A stretch of 64,000 bases of DNA from positions 114,762,001 to 114,826,000 of the forward strand of contig OX597816.1 in assembly GCA_951406725.2 (NCBI GenBank). The letters are read 5' to 3'. The position numbers and the translations under genes are program-made. Numbering within the stretch: the first letter of the stretch is position 1; each line of letters begins with the position of its first letter. The notes beneath the pieces were generated by a model that was not told the origin of the DNA, did no database searches, and saw nothing but the letters and a program-made list of their open reading frames with translations. Below are positions 44,112 to 57,011 of the stretch, one piece after another. Source of the DNA: Octopus vulgaris. Taxonomy: Eukaryota.

Positions 44112-45289
44112 AAAATATACACATACTTACATACACACACTCACATATATCTATTTAACTGTCTGTCTATATTGTTACTGGTATACATATATGTATTTAT
44201 GTTACTGATATGCATATATGTATTTATATTTGTCTGTGTGTGAGTGTGTGTGCATGTGTGATCTTGTGGGCTTGGATGTATGTCTGTGTTAGTGGGACAA
44301 AGATGACTCAGTGTTTGTTGGAAACTTTATTTATGCATATATATATATGTGTGTGAACACACGCATATATTTGAATACTTATGCATAAATGTATGTGTGT
44401 TGTGAATGTGTAAGTTTGTGTGTGTGTGTTGGTGTGCATGTTAACATAGCATTTTTTCTAAGCTGTTCAGTCACAATGATGTTTCTCTGAATATCATCTT
44501 ATATGTTTTCATTCCTTTGACCAAGAGAAGAATAGGTAAAGTAAGTCTGGTGTATATAATAAATTGTTTTCTCCTCATACGTACACCGGAAAGTATGTAT
44601 ATATATATATATATACACACACACATACATACATATACACATTCACATACATATACTCACACAAATGCACACACACATATAGAAATGTATATGTGTGTAT
44701 TTGTATGTCTGTATATAAATACACACACACTCACACACACAAATATATATATATATATATATATATGTAGGCGCGGGCATGGCTGTGTGGTTAGGGAGCT
44801 TGCTTCCTAGCTACATGGTTTCGGGTTCAGTCCCACTGCGTGGCACTTTGGGTAGATGTCTTCCGCTATAGCCCCGAGCTGACCGAAGCTTTATGATTGA
44901 ATTCGGTAGGTGGAAGTGTATGTGTGCGTATAGCTGCTCAGTGCCTCTCCGAAAGAGAGAGAGGGATATATATATATATATAGAAATGCATATATATATA
45001 TACATAGAAATGCAAATATATATACATAGAAGTGCACATATATATGTGTTGATATATACTTATATATATATATAAATACACATACACTCACACACACGTA
45101 TATATGATAAATCCAGGTGAGTCCGGTTGATGTAAACTTTTGCGGCAAACACTCATGTTATCAGGTTAATGTTAAAATATTTACAAATACCCGTCCATCC
45201 ACCCACCTATATACACACACTCTCACACACATACGCACACACACACATGCACATACACACACACACACACATACACACTCAAAAACTTC

Positions 45290-45444
45290 TGTGTGTCTCT
45301 CCCTCTCTCTTTCTCTTTATTGTGCAGTTCATATTCAAAGTCTTGGTGAAATGTTTTAAGACATAAATGGTCATAGGGAACCTGTCCTACGTAATGATAA
45401 TGATATTCATTCAAGTATATACATATATATACATATACGAATAT

Positions 45445-45506
<62 letters not shown>

Positions 45507-45865
45507 CTATATGTTTGTATATGTATATATATATATGCGTATATATGTGTGTGTATGTATGTATGTATGTATGTATACATATATATATGCATACAGATAT
45601 GTATATATATATATATATACATTTATATATATGTATATGTATGTGTGTGTGTAAGTGTATGTGGGGGTGTGTATGTCTGTGTCTGTGTGTATTGACATCA
45701 TTATCATCATTAATTTAATTTTCAGATTTACACGCTTACATGCATCAGTCGAATATTCTTGGGACATGTTTCCTATGGGCATTTAATTATGGCTTGAAAC
45801 ATTTCGCCAAGATTTCAAATATGAACTGCTCAATGAACAGAAAGAGAAAGAGAGAGGAAGAGACT
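45290..45865. repeat. Diverged inverted repeat around a microsatellite spacer
   Basis: 45290-45395 (GCAGTTCATATT..TCTTGGTGAAATGTTT..CATAGG..TGTCC) is the reverse complement of ~45758-45865. Confidence 0.75.
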
Positions 45866-46090
45866 GAGAGGGAGAGAGAGATAGACAGACAGAGACAGAC
45901 AGAGAGATAAGTATGTGCATATGTGTGTTTGTGTGTGTGTATATGGATGTGTGTGTATTTGTCTGTTTGTGTGTAAATAACTAACTTATCCTTCTACTCA
46001 CAAAGCTTTATGCTTCCAAAAAGACACTTGCTCAAGGTGTGCACAGTAGGTTGGGACCCATAAACACAAGAATTTGCAGCAAAATTTATA

Positions 46091-46407
46091 GGAATGGCTG
46101 TGTGGTATGTAGCTTGTTTACCATCCACAGGGTTCTGGGTTCAGTCCCACTGTGTGGCACCTTGGGCAAGTGTCTTCTACTATAGCCTCAAGCCGACCAA
46201 AGCCTTGTGAGTGGATTTGGTAGACGGAAACTGAAAGAAGCCCGTCGTATATATATATATATGCGTGTGTGCATGTATGTTTGTGTGTCTATGTCTGTCC
46301 CCCTAGCATTGCTTGACAACCGATGCTGATGTGTTTATGTCCCCGTTACTTAGCGGTTCGGCAAAAGAGACCGATAGAATAAGTACTGGGCTTACAAAAG
46401 AATAAGT
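46091..46407 (+). mobile_element. SINE family B, 5' portion (its tail is inverted at 46470-46548)
   Basis: Matches B up to AAGAATAAGT; the missing tail appears in reverse orientation ~65 bp downstream. Confidence 0.8.
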
Positions 46408-46895
46408 GGTATAAACAATGCAATCTTTTCCTCAGGAAAGTGAAAAAAACGAAACTCGTCAATAAGACATTTTACTTGTTTCAGTTATTTGACTGCGGCC
46501 ATGCTGGAGCACCGCCTTTAGTCAAGCAAATTGACTCCGGGACTTGTTCAATAAGACATTTTAGCAAAATTTTTGCTAAAATGTCTTATTGACGAGTTTC
46601 ATTTTTTTCACTTTCCTGAGGAGAAGATTGCATTGTTTATACCATTTATTCTTTTGAATAGTATCAGTGGAATTTTCAAAACATGTGACGAAAGTAAAAA
46701 TATTTGATTACACCTGCGTTAAACTCCATTTATTTATTTATTCATATATTATTCAAAATATTCAACGTAAACACGAAGTTTCTACCTTTATAAACAAGGA
46801 GTTACAACACCTTTACTTGTGAGATTTTTACTGCCCTGGTAACTATTTATTTATTTTTTCCGTGTTAATTGTTAACAAGGTAAAAATACACTCAT
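46396..46895 (+). mobile_element. Foldback insert with decayed hammerhead at 46610-46695
   Basis: Inverted arms 46396-46473 and ~46577-46646. ACTTTC CTGAGGA GAAGATT...AATTTTC AAAAC ATGT GAC GAAAGT. Confidence 0.7.
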
Positions 46896-46896
46896 C

Positions 46897-46940
<44 letters not shown>

Positions 46941-47010
46941 TGGATGGATAGATAGAATGATATACATACACACGTGCATATACATATGTGTATATGTATA
47001 TATGTATATA

Positions 47011-47224
47011 TGAGGGGTGCTAAAAAGTACTTGACTTCCAGAGTACCATGAAAAGCCTAGTTGGGGGCCCAACCGTCCAAGTTCTTTTACAGGGTTTAGA
47101 AAAACTGAAGGACTTTTGCAATAAGTGTGTGAATCTGCGAGGGGAATATTTTGAATAAAATCATAATTAACTGATCTTCCCGTATTTCCTTTCACTCAAG
47201 CCAGGAACTTTTCAGCACCCCACT
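47011..47224 (+). mobile_element. Internally deleted mariner element
   Basis: TIRs GAGGGGTGCTAAAAAGT / ACTTTTCAGCACCCCAC; encodes LQGLEKLKDFCNKCVNLRGEYFE*, a mariner transposase C-terminus. Confidence 0.8.
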
Positions 47225-47228
47225 TATT

Positions 47229-47271
<43 letters not shown>

Positions 47272-47402
47272 TAGATAGATAGATAGATAGATACATAGAT
47301 ATATATGTACATATATATATAAATACATATGTATAAATGCATATGTGCACACAAGAACTCACACACAAACATATATATGTGTGTGTATGTGTGTGTGTGT
47401 GT

Positions 47403-47437
<35 letters not shown>

Positions 47438-47450
47438 TGCGTGCGTGCAT

Positions 47451-47485
<35 letters not shown>

Positions 47486-47766
47486 CATGTACGTGTCTTT
47501 CTGTTAAAATTAGATTAGTTTCACATGACAGAACAGTTGTACATAACTCATTATTATGTAGCGTCAAATATCTTCAATTCTAACAACTTTCCTAAACTAC
47601 TTACTTTTCTCCTTCCATTGCCACCCATTTACCTACCCAAATACCTACTTACCTATCTAGCTACATGGCTACCTATCCATATTTTGTCTGTCTATCTACA
47701 ATCTGTCTATCTATCTATCTATCTATCTATCTTACCAGTTGTGTGTGTGTGCATATATATGTATGT

Positions 47767-47823
<57 letters not shown>

Positions 47824-48234
47824 GGTGTAGGAGTGTGTGTGTGGTAAGTAGCTTGCTTACCAACTACATGGTTCCGGGTTCAGTCCCACTGTATGGCACC
47901 TTGGGCAAGTTTCTTCTACTATAGCCTCTGGCCAAGCAAAGCCTTGTGAGTGGATTTGGTAGACGGAAACTGAAAGAAGCTCGTTGTATATATGTATATA
48001 TATATAAGTATATGTGTGTGTGTGTGTGTATGTTTGTCCCCCCCAACATCACTTGACAACCGATGCTGGTGTGTTTATGTCCCCGTAATGTAGTGGCTTG
48101 GCAAAAGAGACCGATAGAATAGATACTAGGCTTATAAAGAATAAGTCCTGGGGTCGATTCGTTCGACTAAAGGTGGTGTTCTATGCTCCAGCATGGCCAC
48201 AGTCAAACGACTGAAACAAGTAAAGAGTAAAGAG
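47824..48234 (+). mobile_element. SINE family B
   Basis: Full-length match. Confidence 0.9.
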
Positions 48235-48338
48235 TATATATGCAAACACACATACACACATGCACACACGTGCATATATATATATAGATGGATGGATGAA
48301 TGGGTGGTTAGGTAGATAGCTGGATAGATATATATATA

Positions 48339-48855
48339 CTAGCAGTATCGCCCGGCGTTGCTCGGGTTTGTAAGGGAAATAACTATATAAGCATTTTTAG
48401 AGAGTTACTTCCTTTATAGATGCCAATTCGGGCTTTCTTAGCCATTTTTGTTTTGGTGTCTTCAAGCCATGAAGTCATTGTTCTAAAAGAACGCTGGTCT
48501 CCTTGACAATGCATTACGACGTTGATTTCCTTAAACTCCCTTCCCCACAGCTTCACGAGGGAGGGAAGAAGGGGGAGAAGCAAACACAAGTGCAGGTGTT
48601 TGAGCGTGGACGCCAACTCCGCCGCCATCGACACACGAAAAATTATGCATTAAAATGGAATAAAAAATGATGTTAAATTATTTTTAAAATCGTAGACTCA
48701 TCGTAGATGCGCGTTAATAGCCAGACGGGCTCGATATTAATCACGACTATAAGATACCCGGTTTTGGTTAAATTGCACTGCAAAATGTGGGAGTAGTTAG
48801 GAATCTAAATCGTAGGAGACAGACACTCACACAACTACAGTTTTATATATATAGA
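48339..48855 (-). mobile_element. Non-autonomous Helitron
   Basis: Minus strand begins A|TCTATATATATAAAA and ends CCCGAGCAACGCCGGG hairpin-CGATACTG-CTAG|T; inserted between A and T with no TSD. Confidence 0.8.
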
Positions 48856-48856
48856 T

Positions 48857-48923
<67 letters not shown>

Positions 48924-49244
48924 TACATATTCACACTCATTTATATATGAATACACACACACGTGTATATATATATGTCTGTTCATCTCTGACTCTCACT
49001 TACTCTCACACACACACATATATAGGTATGTATATAAATATGTGTTGATTTGATTTTTGTTAAACTGCATTATTTCATTAGAAGTAATAGCTTCTTGTGG
49101 TTGGCTTTACACATATGTAGTCCTTGGTGATCATATCCATTCACCTATTAAACTGTTTGTCCATCTTTCTGTCTGTCTGGTATACAAATTTGTATCTGTC
49201 TGTATATGTACTTAGACACACACAAGCATGCACACACACACACA

Positions 49245-49302
<58 letters not shown>

Positions 49303-50125
49303 TGCTAATTAATTAACAGATAGAAAGATTACTCTTTGTGGTAGAGTTGATGTATCATTCTGAAAATTACTCAGTTGCCCCTCCCCCATATCTGTACTTC
49401 TCTATTTGTATATGTTTGTCTATGTATATTTTATATGTGTGTTAATACTGATGTAACATGTATAATATAACTAATGAAATTATGAAACAGCTCTAAATAT
49501 GTGGAATAAGCATCTCTTTCACATCACTTTTTTCATCTCCTTCATTCATATATGGATATATATCTGTATATATATGTGTGTGTGTGTGTATAGACAATAC
49601 ACACACACATATATATGTATATATATATATTTATATATACATATATTTACATATACATATACATATACATATGTGTGTGTCTGTGTGTGTGTGAAAGGAC
49701 AAGGAAATTAGAAATTATTGCACTTGACTTTTGAAGCTCCAATAAAACTATAGGATAATACATGAGCATTCAATTATGAATGTGGTGCATCTTAAAGTAG
49801 AAACAGCTGTAGGGTAATGAAGTTCATTATGTAATTTCTTATTACTGCTTTGTACTTGACTAACACTTTGTACTGAAGCTTATGTATACTGGATCTAACA
49901 CCAGGTTATTAGTATCACTAGGCCAAAGCAAAAAATAACACACACATATATGCATATGTATATATATATATATCATCGCGTTTAACGTCCGCTTTATAGC
50001 ATGGGTTGGACGGTTCAACTGGGGTCTGGGAAGCCCGAAGGCTGCACCAGGCCAGTCAGATGTGGCAGTGTTTCTACAGCTGGATGCCCTTCCTAACGCC
50101 AACCACTCCGAGAGTGTAGTGGGTG

Positions 50126-50590
50126 ATTTTATGTGCCACCGACACAGGTGCCAGACGAGGCTGGCAGACGGCCACGCTCGGATGGTGTTTTTTATGTGCC
50201 ACCGACACAGGTGCCAGACGAGGCTGGCAGACGGCCACGCTCGGATGGTGTTTTTTATGTGCCACCGACACAGGTGCCAGACGAGGCTGGCAGACGGCCA
50301 CGCTCGGATGGTGTTTTTTATGTGCCACCGACACAGGTGCCAGACGAGGCTGGCAGACGGCCACGCTCGGATGGTGTTTTTTATGTGCCACCGACACAGG
50401 TGCCAGACGAGGCTGGCAGACGGCCACGCTCGGATGGTGTTTTCTTATGTGTCACCGACACAGGTGCTAGACGAGGCTGGCGGACGGCCACGCTCGGATG
50501 GTGTTTGTTACGTGCCCTCAGCACGGAGGCCAGTCATTGCGGTACTGGCTACGGTCACGTTCGGATGGTTTTCTTATGTGCCACCGGCAC
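50126..50590. repeat. 63-bp tandem repeat in the RTE 3'UTR (about 5 near-perfect plus 2-3 degenerate units)
   Basis: ATGTGCCACCGACACAGGTGCCAGACGAGGCTGGCAGACGGCCACGCTCGGATGGTGTTTTTT starting at 50131, 50194 and onward. Confidence 0.95.
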
Positions 50591-50766
50591 TGGTACCACA
50601 AGGATACAAATTCCATTGATGTTCATCTATTTTGATTTGGTTCGATTTGATTTGATACGATTCGATTCTCACTTGCCTCAACAGGTCTTCACAAGTGTCA
50701 CAAGAAGGAAGGTATGCACAGGTGGACTGACTACGTCCCAGGTAGGGGCCACGGATTATGGCTTCA

Positions 50767-52494
50767 CTAGTCTTGCCGGGTCTTCTCACGCACAGCATAC
50801 TTCCATAGGTCTCGGTCTCTAGTCATTTCCATGGTGAGACCTAACGTCCGAAGGTCGTGCTTCACCACCTCGTCCCAGGTTTTCCTGGGTCTACCTCTTC
50901 CACGGGTTCCCTCAACTGCTAGGGATTGGCACTTTCTCACACACCTCTCTTCATCCATTCTCGCCACATGACCATACCAGCGCAATCGTCTCTCTTGCAC
51001 ACAACAACTGATGCTTCTTAGGTGCAACATTTCTCTCAAGGTACTAACGCTCTGTCGAGTAAGTACACTGACATTACACATCCATCGGAGCATACTGGCT
51101 TCGTTCCTCACGAGCTTACGCATGTCCTCAGCAGTCACGGCCCATGTTTCACTGCCATGTAGCATAGCTGTTCGTACACATGCATCATACAGTCTGCCTT
51201 TTACTCTGAGCGAGAGGCCTTTAGTCACCAGCAGAGGTAAGAGCTCCCTAAACTTTGCCCAGGCTATTCTTATTCTAGCAGTTACACTTTCAGCGCACCC
51301 ACCCCCACTACTGACTTGGTCACCTAGATAGCGGAAACTATCAACTACTTCTAGTTTTTCCCCCCAGAAAGTGACAGAAGTTGTTTTCTGCAGATTTTCG
51401 GAGGTCAGTGCTCCAGAGCACCTGCCACATACAAAAACTATCTTCCCAGTTAGCCTACCTTTGACATTGCTGCACCTCTTATGTGTCCATAGCTTACACT
51501 GGGTACATCTTATAGAGTTTCTACCTACACCTTTTCTACAGATCGAGCAGGGCCATCTTCCTGATGATATTTGTGGGTTTTCTACCTTTCTACTTATTAG
51601 TACTTTGGTTTTAGCTAGGTTGACTCTAAGGCCCCTCGATTCTAAACCCTCCTTCCACACCTGGAACTTCTCCTCCAGTTCTGATAGTGACTCAGCGATT
51701 AGAGCGAGGTCGTCAGCATAGAGGAGCTCCCAGGGGCAACCTGTCTTGAATTCCTCCGTTATTGCCTGGAGGACTATGATAAATAGGAGGGGGCTGAGTA
51801 CTGAACCCTGGTGGACCCCAACCTCTACTTTGAATTCTTCTGTGTACATGTTGCCAACTCTAACCTTACTTACGGCATCTCTGTACATGGCTTGCACAGC
51901 CCTCACCAGCCATTCATCTATCCCTAGTTTCCTCATTGACCACCAGATGAGGGATCGGGGGACCCTATCAAAGGCTTTCTCCATGTCAACAAAAGCCAGG
52001 TACAGGGGCTTATCCTTGGCTAGGTATTTCTCCTGCAGCTGCCTTACCAGGAATATAGCATCAGTGGTGCTTTTCCCTGGGACAAACCCAAACTGCATCT
52101 CATCTAAACTAACTCTCTCTCTAATTAGTTGGGCTATGACCCTCTCCGTAACCTTCATTACCTGATCCAACAGCTTGATACCTCTGTAATTATTTGTATC
52201 CAGGGCATCACCTTTACCTTTGTAGCAGTTGACTAGTATGCTGCTACACCAGTCATTGGGTATGACTCCTTCGTGTATCACCTGGTTGACTATACGGGTG
52301 ACTAGGTTATAGCCGACACTGCCAGATATTTTGAGCATCTCTGCAGTAATTCCTGATGGGCCTGGGGCTTTCCCTGTCTTCATGCTTCTAATTGCCTTAG
52401 CTACCACGGAACTATCAACTCGGATAGCTGGTCCCTCTGTTGGGTCAACATTTGGCAGACTCTCTTTATCCCATTCATTTTCTTTATTCAGCAA
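50767..52494 (-). CDS. RTE reverse transcriptase (partial, no endonuclease domain) with a C4HC3 PHD-like finger
   Basis: GKAPGPSGI, NYRGIKLL, QFGFVPGKST, FVDMEKAFD, GVHQGSVLSP, LLYADDL and RRLRWYGHV..RGRGRPRKTW motifs. Confidence 0.93.
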   Translation of the reverse strand: MLNKENEWDKESLPNVDPTEGPAIRVDSSVVAKAIRSMKTGKAPGPSGITAEMLKISGSVGYNLVTRIVNQVIHEGVIPNDWCSSILVNCYKGKGDALDTNNYRGIKLLDQVMKVTERVIAQLIRERVSLDEMQFGFVPGKSTTDAIFLVRQLQEKYLAKDKPLYLAFVDMEKAFDRVPRSLIWWSMRKLGIDEWLVRAVQAMYRDAVSKVRVGNMYTEEFKVEVGVHQGSVLSPLLFIIVLQAITEEFKTGCPWELLYADDLALIAESLSELEEKFQVWKEGLESRGLRVNLAKTKVLISRKVENPQISSGRWPCSICRKGVGRNSIRCTQCKLWTHKRCSNVKGRLTGKIVFVCGRCSGALTSENLQKTTSVTFWGEKLEVVDSFRYLGDQVSSGGGCAESVTARIRIAWAKFRELLPLLVTKGLSLRVKGRLYDACVRTAMLHGSETWAVTAEDMRKLVRNEASMLRWMCNVSVLTRQSVSTLREMLHLRSISCCVQERRLRWYGHVARMDEERCVRKCQSLAVEGTRGRGRPRKTWDEVVKHDLRTLGLTMEMTRDRDLWKYAVREKTRQD

Positions 52495-52656
52495 ACTTTC
52501 ATAGTGGCATCTCCAAACCTCTCTCTTGCATCCTCATTTAGCGCAAGTGAACCATCATCCATGAACACACTTCTCTCCTATCACATCACGATCACACATG
52601 CAACACGAAATACCTCAAGTCTTTCATCCTCACGGCTCAGAACATTGCAAATTTTT

Positions 52657-52698
<42 letters not shown>

Positions 52699-52972
52699 TA
52701 TAATAGGGATGACCACTAAGTGGACATCCAATATGCTAGAAGATCACCAACGATGTAACTACAAAGAAAAGAATGTTCTCCAGAGAAAATTCCACAAACA
52801 CTGGCAACATTATCTGTAGTGAATTATCTACTGCAGAACTGTTTCTGAGATTTAGCGTGCCATAACTTAGACACTTGAAAATAACCCCAATGTAATCGGT
52901 AGAACTATACACATATCTAATTTTATAAGGACAACTAGTGTATAGTTCTACAAATGATATTGAATTGGAACG

Positions 52973-53041
52973 ATCGTACTGAAGAGTCCACGGACGATGA
53001 TTACTTAAGTAGAATTGTTGATGACGAAACCGGTCTACGAT
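52973..53041 (+). ncRNA. Intact minimal type I hammerhead motif
   Basis: ATCGTA CTGAAGA GTC[34 nt]GAC GAAAC CG GTC TACGAT: perfect 6-bp stem I, all core residues present, GUC cleavage triplet. Confidence 0.8.
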
Positions 53042-53980
53042 TAATTCTGTATATTTTGTATATTTTCATCTGTCTTATGTTCTGGTGTTCACTGAATTTC
53101 TCTGGAGAACATTCACACATACATACACATGCACTAACAAACTTCCCAACAGCCATTTATATAAATTTCTTCTCTGTACGTCAGTGAGAGAACTTGTATG
53201 TGGTTGTTTACTACTAGAATTCCTAAAAAAAGAAAACATACTTGAAATAGCAGCCAAATCTCTTTCAAATCACACCCTATTATCTTTAAAAAAAGAAAAG
53301 GAAGAAAAACAAGTAAAACACATTTGTTAATGCAGTCATAGGTATACGATCTCTGAATAAAATATGGGATGGTAACAGTTGAAATACTAATGATCATAGA
53401 TCTACTCATTCAGGTCTTACCTGGGGCTACAACAGTGATATCTTATAAGTATATGCACATATCTGTAAATTACCTATTTTCTCTGCCATGCCAATACCTG
53501 AGTACTTGGCACCCATTATTGCCAATATTCCTATGTAGACAAATGCCAAGTCTTGGCAACTAAATAACTACATGAAGAGTACAATTCTTGCAGGCAATAA
53601 ATTGGCAATTTCATCTTGAATAACTTATGTCTAAATCAAATAACTAATCAATCAAATGAAAAAATATATATAAATATATAATTCAACCATACATCCAACT
53701 GAAGATAAACAACAGCCAAATCTAGCCAAAATAAACAATATCAAAGAGAATTCTACTCCATTCTCCTTAAAATCCGTCAGACCAGTCACTGAGTTCTGAG
53801 TACAAATTTAATTGTGATTTCGTTTTTTTTTCCTCATATTCTCCAGTTAATTTTTCTTGGCTCTTGATTCTAAATTATCTATAAATATTTTTGCTTTTAT
53901 TTTAAAAATATTCTATTTGTTGTTGGTGCTATTTGTTAACATACATATTGTGACTATGCAAATGGGAGTGAAGAAATATG

Positions 53981-54017
<37 letters not shown>

Positions 54018-54455
54018 GCTCTTACCCCTGGTCTTTCTCCCTCCCTCCCTCTCCCTGATCAGAAATAGAGAATTTCCTCACATTTATTTATTCTCTTAAC
54101 TTAATAAAAGTTATTCTTGTAAGCTCACATAACAAATAAATATATCATTCCTCCCAAAATATAAAATGGTTCTTGGGTATATTCTCACTGAAACACATCT
54201 AGAATTAGAATAGATAACAGTCACAGCACTGTAACATGCTCTGCTGATAGTGATTTCAGCAAAAAAAACAACTTGCACAAAGAAAGGTAGCATTGAGATT
54301 ATTCAGTTCACATGACATTTTCCAATGTTGTACCATTTCCTACGCTGATGAAACATACCTGAATCTTGGCAGGCATGTGACAATGCTCCTTCAAAGATTT
54401 GCATGACATATATACTTTTTAAGCATCCATCTATCTACTTATCTATCATTCTTTT

Positions 54456-54601
<146 letters not shown>

Positions 54602-54997
54602 ATTTCCTATCTATCTGTCTGTCCCTGTCTATTTCCCTGTCTACTTATCTATCTACATATCTGTATATATGTATGAAGAAAGAAAAAATTTATAGGTGAA
54701 AACCGTAGATGATAATGTCAAAATATTTCACAAATTTTTCAGGAGACTGCATTTGAAATTTCGAGTGTTAGCCTGATGTAAATAGCAGATGCTACATGAG
54801 CCAAAAGAGGAACATGTACTTTGCAACTTGACCTACTAGAAATGGCAGACAAATCACCATCAAATAATATATATCCTACTGTCTTAACAACATGTAGAAT
54901 GATGTAACTTTCTACAAAATAAATAAATAAATAAAAAATAAAGAAGAAAAAGAGAAAAATTATAGGTTGTAGGGTCATGGCTAAAATTGCTTTTTAT

Positions 54998-55567
54998 AGG
55001 CACAGGCATGGCTGTGTGGTAAGAAGCTTGCTTCCCAACCATATGGTTCTGGGTTCAGTTCCACTGCATGTCACCTTGGGTAAGTTTCTTCTACTATAGC
55101 CTTGGGCTGACCAAAGCTTTGTGAGCAGATTTGGTAGATGGAAACTGAAAGAAGCCTGTCATGTATATATATATGTATATGTATGTATGTTCATATATAT
55201 ATGTATATATATATATTTCGTTTTTGGATTTGGTTTGCAAGATTCTTTATATGAGTTCGTGTGTTGAAGCATATTCTGTTGTGTCTGGGGAGAGTCTTTT
55301 CTTTTAGTGCCTTATTATTTAACACACTCACCGGTAAAATTTCCACTTATTTCTTATTTTTATTTTCTAAAATTTTTGTTGCGTCTTGCAACCTTTTCAA
55401 TAGTCTTGACTCTTATATATGTACATGTATATGTATATGTTTGTGTGTCTGTGTTTGTCCCAGAACACATTCACTTGACAACCATTGTTGGTGTGTTCAC
55501 ATCCCCGTAACTTAGCGGTTCAGTAAAAAAGACCAATAGAATAAGTTCTAGGCTTACAAAGAATAAG
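54998..55567 (+). mobile_element. SINE family B with a ~190-bp unrelated insert in its microsatellite
   Basis: Head 54998-55162, insert 55218-55412, body resumes at ~55440. Confidence 0.8.
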
Positions 55568-56164
55568 CATTTGTATGTGAGTGTGTGTGTTGATATATGC
55601 ATACATTTCTCAATACATATTTTGATATTCATTTATGCAATAGTCATAGTGTGCTAAATACTCTAAAGTAGAGTTAAATAGTATAGTATTATTTACTTGC
55701 ACGAATACATGCCAAAAAAAATACACTCAGAATTAAAGATATTAACATTCAAGTAAATATTAATTTACCCCAACATAACAATGTTTTGATTGCTAATTCA
55801 ACCTCATTAGCCTTTGAGGATATTTCATGTGATTACTTCTTAGTTGGTAAGACAGTTGTTTTACTAGCTGCTCTTGCCATCAAAGTACAGCTGTGCCAAA
55901 AGTAAGTTGTTTCTTATTTCAATACTAACATTCATACCTTTCTAAGTTATTTTTTTTTTTGCATTTATATTCTTGTTGTGTATAAAATGTAGCTACTCTT
56001 GTATTCAAAACACAGCCTTGCCTAAGGTAAATTACAATTTATTTGAATATTAATTTTCATATTTCATATATTTTATAAATATATCATATTTGTATATAAA
56101 ATTACATTATTTTAGCTCTACTTTAGAGAATTGGACACTCTGTGAAAACTATATAAATATATAA

Positions 56165-56553
56165 GCGCAGGCATGTTTGTGTGGTAAGAAGCTTGCATCC
56201 CAACCACATGGTTCCGGATTCAATCCCATTGCATGGCACCTTGGGCAAGTGTCTTCTACTATAACCTTGGGCTGACCAAAGCCTTGTGAGTGGATTTGGT
56301 AGACGGAAACTGAAAGAAGCTGTATGTGTGTGTGTATGCATACGTGTGTGTGTTTGTGTTTGCCCCTCCCATTGCTTGACAACTGATGTTGGTGTGTTTA
56401 CATTCCTGTAACTTAGCAGTTCACCCAAAGAGAATGATAGAATAAGTACCAGGCTTGCAAAAAATACGTCCTGGGGTCGATTTCTTCAGCTAAAAGGTAG
56501 TGCTCCAGCATGGCTGCAGTCAAATTACTGAAACAAATAAACGAATAAAAGAA
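56165..56553 (+). mobile_element. SINE family B
   Basis: Full-length match. Confidence 0.88.
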
Positions 56554-57011
56554 TACATTAAAAGATGTATATATTCAAAGACCCTGCTTCCATTTTTTAA
56601 CCTTTCTGTATGGAATATTATACATGTGCTGTAAGTGAATATTAAATATTTTGTCCCATTTCTTCCAGCTCCTTAAATTCTGTATTCAAACTCTGTTGAG
56701 CTTGCCTATGCCTTTTAATTATTTGAGGTCAATAAAATATATACCATATCCCTACACACACACGTATATATATTCTTTTATTTGTTTCAGTCATCTGACT
56801 GCAGCTATGCTGGAGCACTGCCTCAAAGGGTTTTAATTGAAGAAATCAATCCAAGAAATTATTCTTTTTAAGCCTAGTACTTATTTGATTGGTCTCTGTT
56901 GCTGAACTGCTAAGTTAGAGGGATGTAAACACACCAGCATCAGCTTTCAAACGATGGCAGGGGGACAAGCACAGAGACACACACACACGTACATATATAT
57001 ATATATATATA

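Larger units (their letters stand above)
49973..52660 (-). mobile_element. 5'-truncated RTE-clade LINE in (TA)n
   Basis: Uninterrupted RT ORF plus ~790-bp 3'UTR; (TA)n at both junctions. Confidence 0.93.

Noticed and set aside
50062-50822. ORFs with 21-aa Cys/His repeats; array superficially CRISPR-like
   Set aside because: A 63-bp head-to-tail tandem repeat without unique spacers, open in several frames, lying in a LINE 3'UTR; no cas genes.
51011-52165. Plus-strand ORFs of 106-139 aa
   Set aside because: Antisense shadows of the RT ORF.
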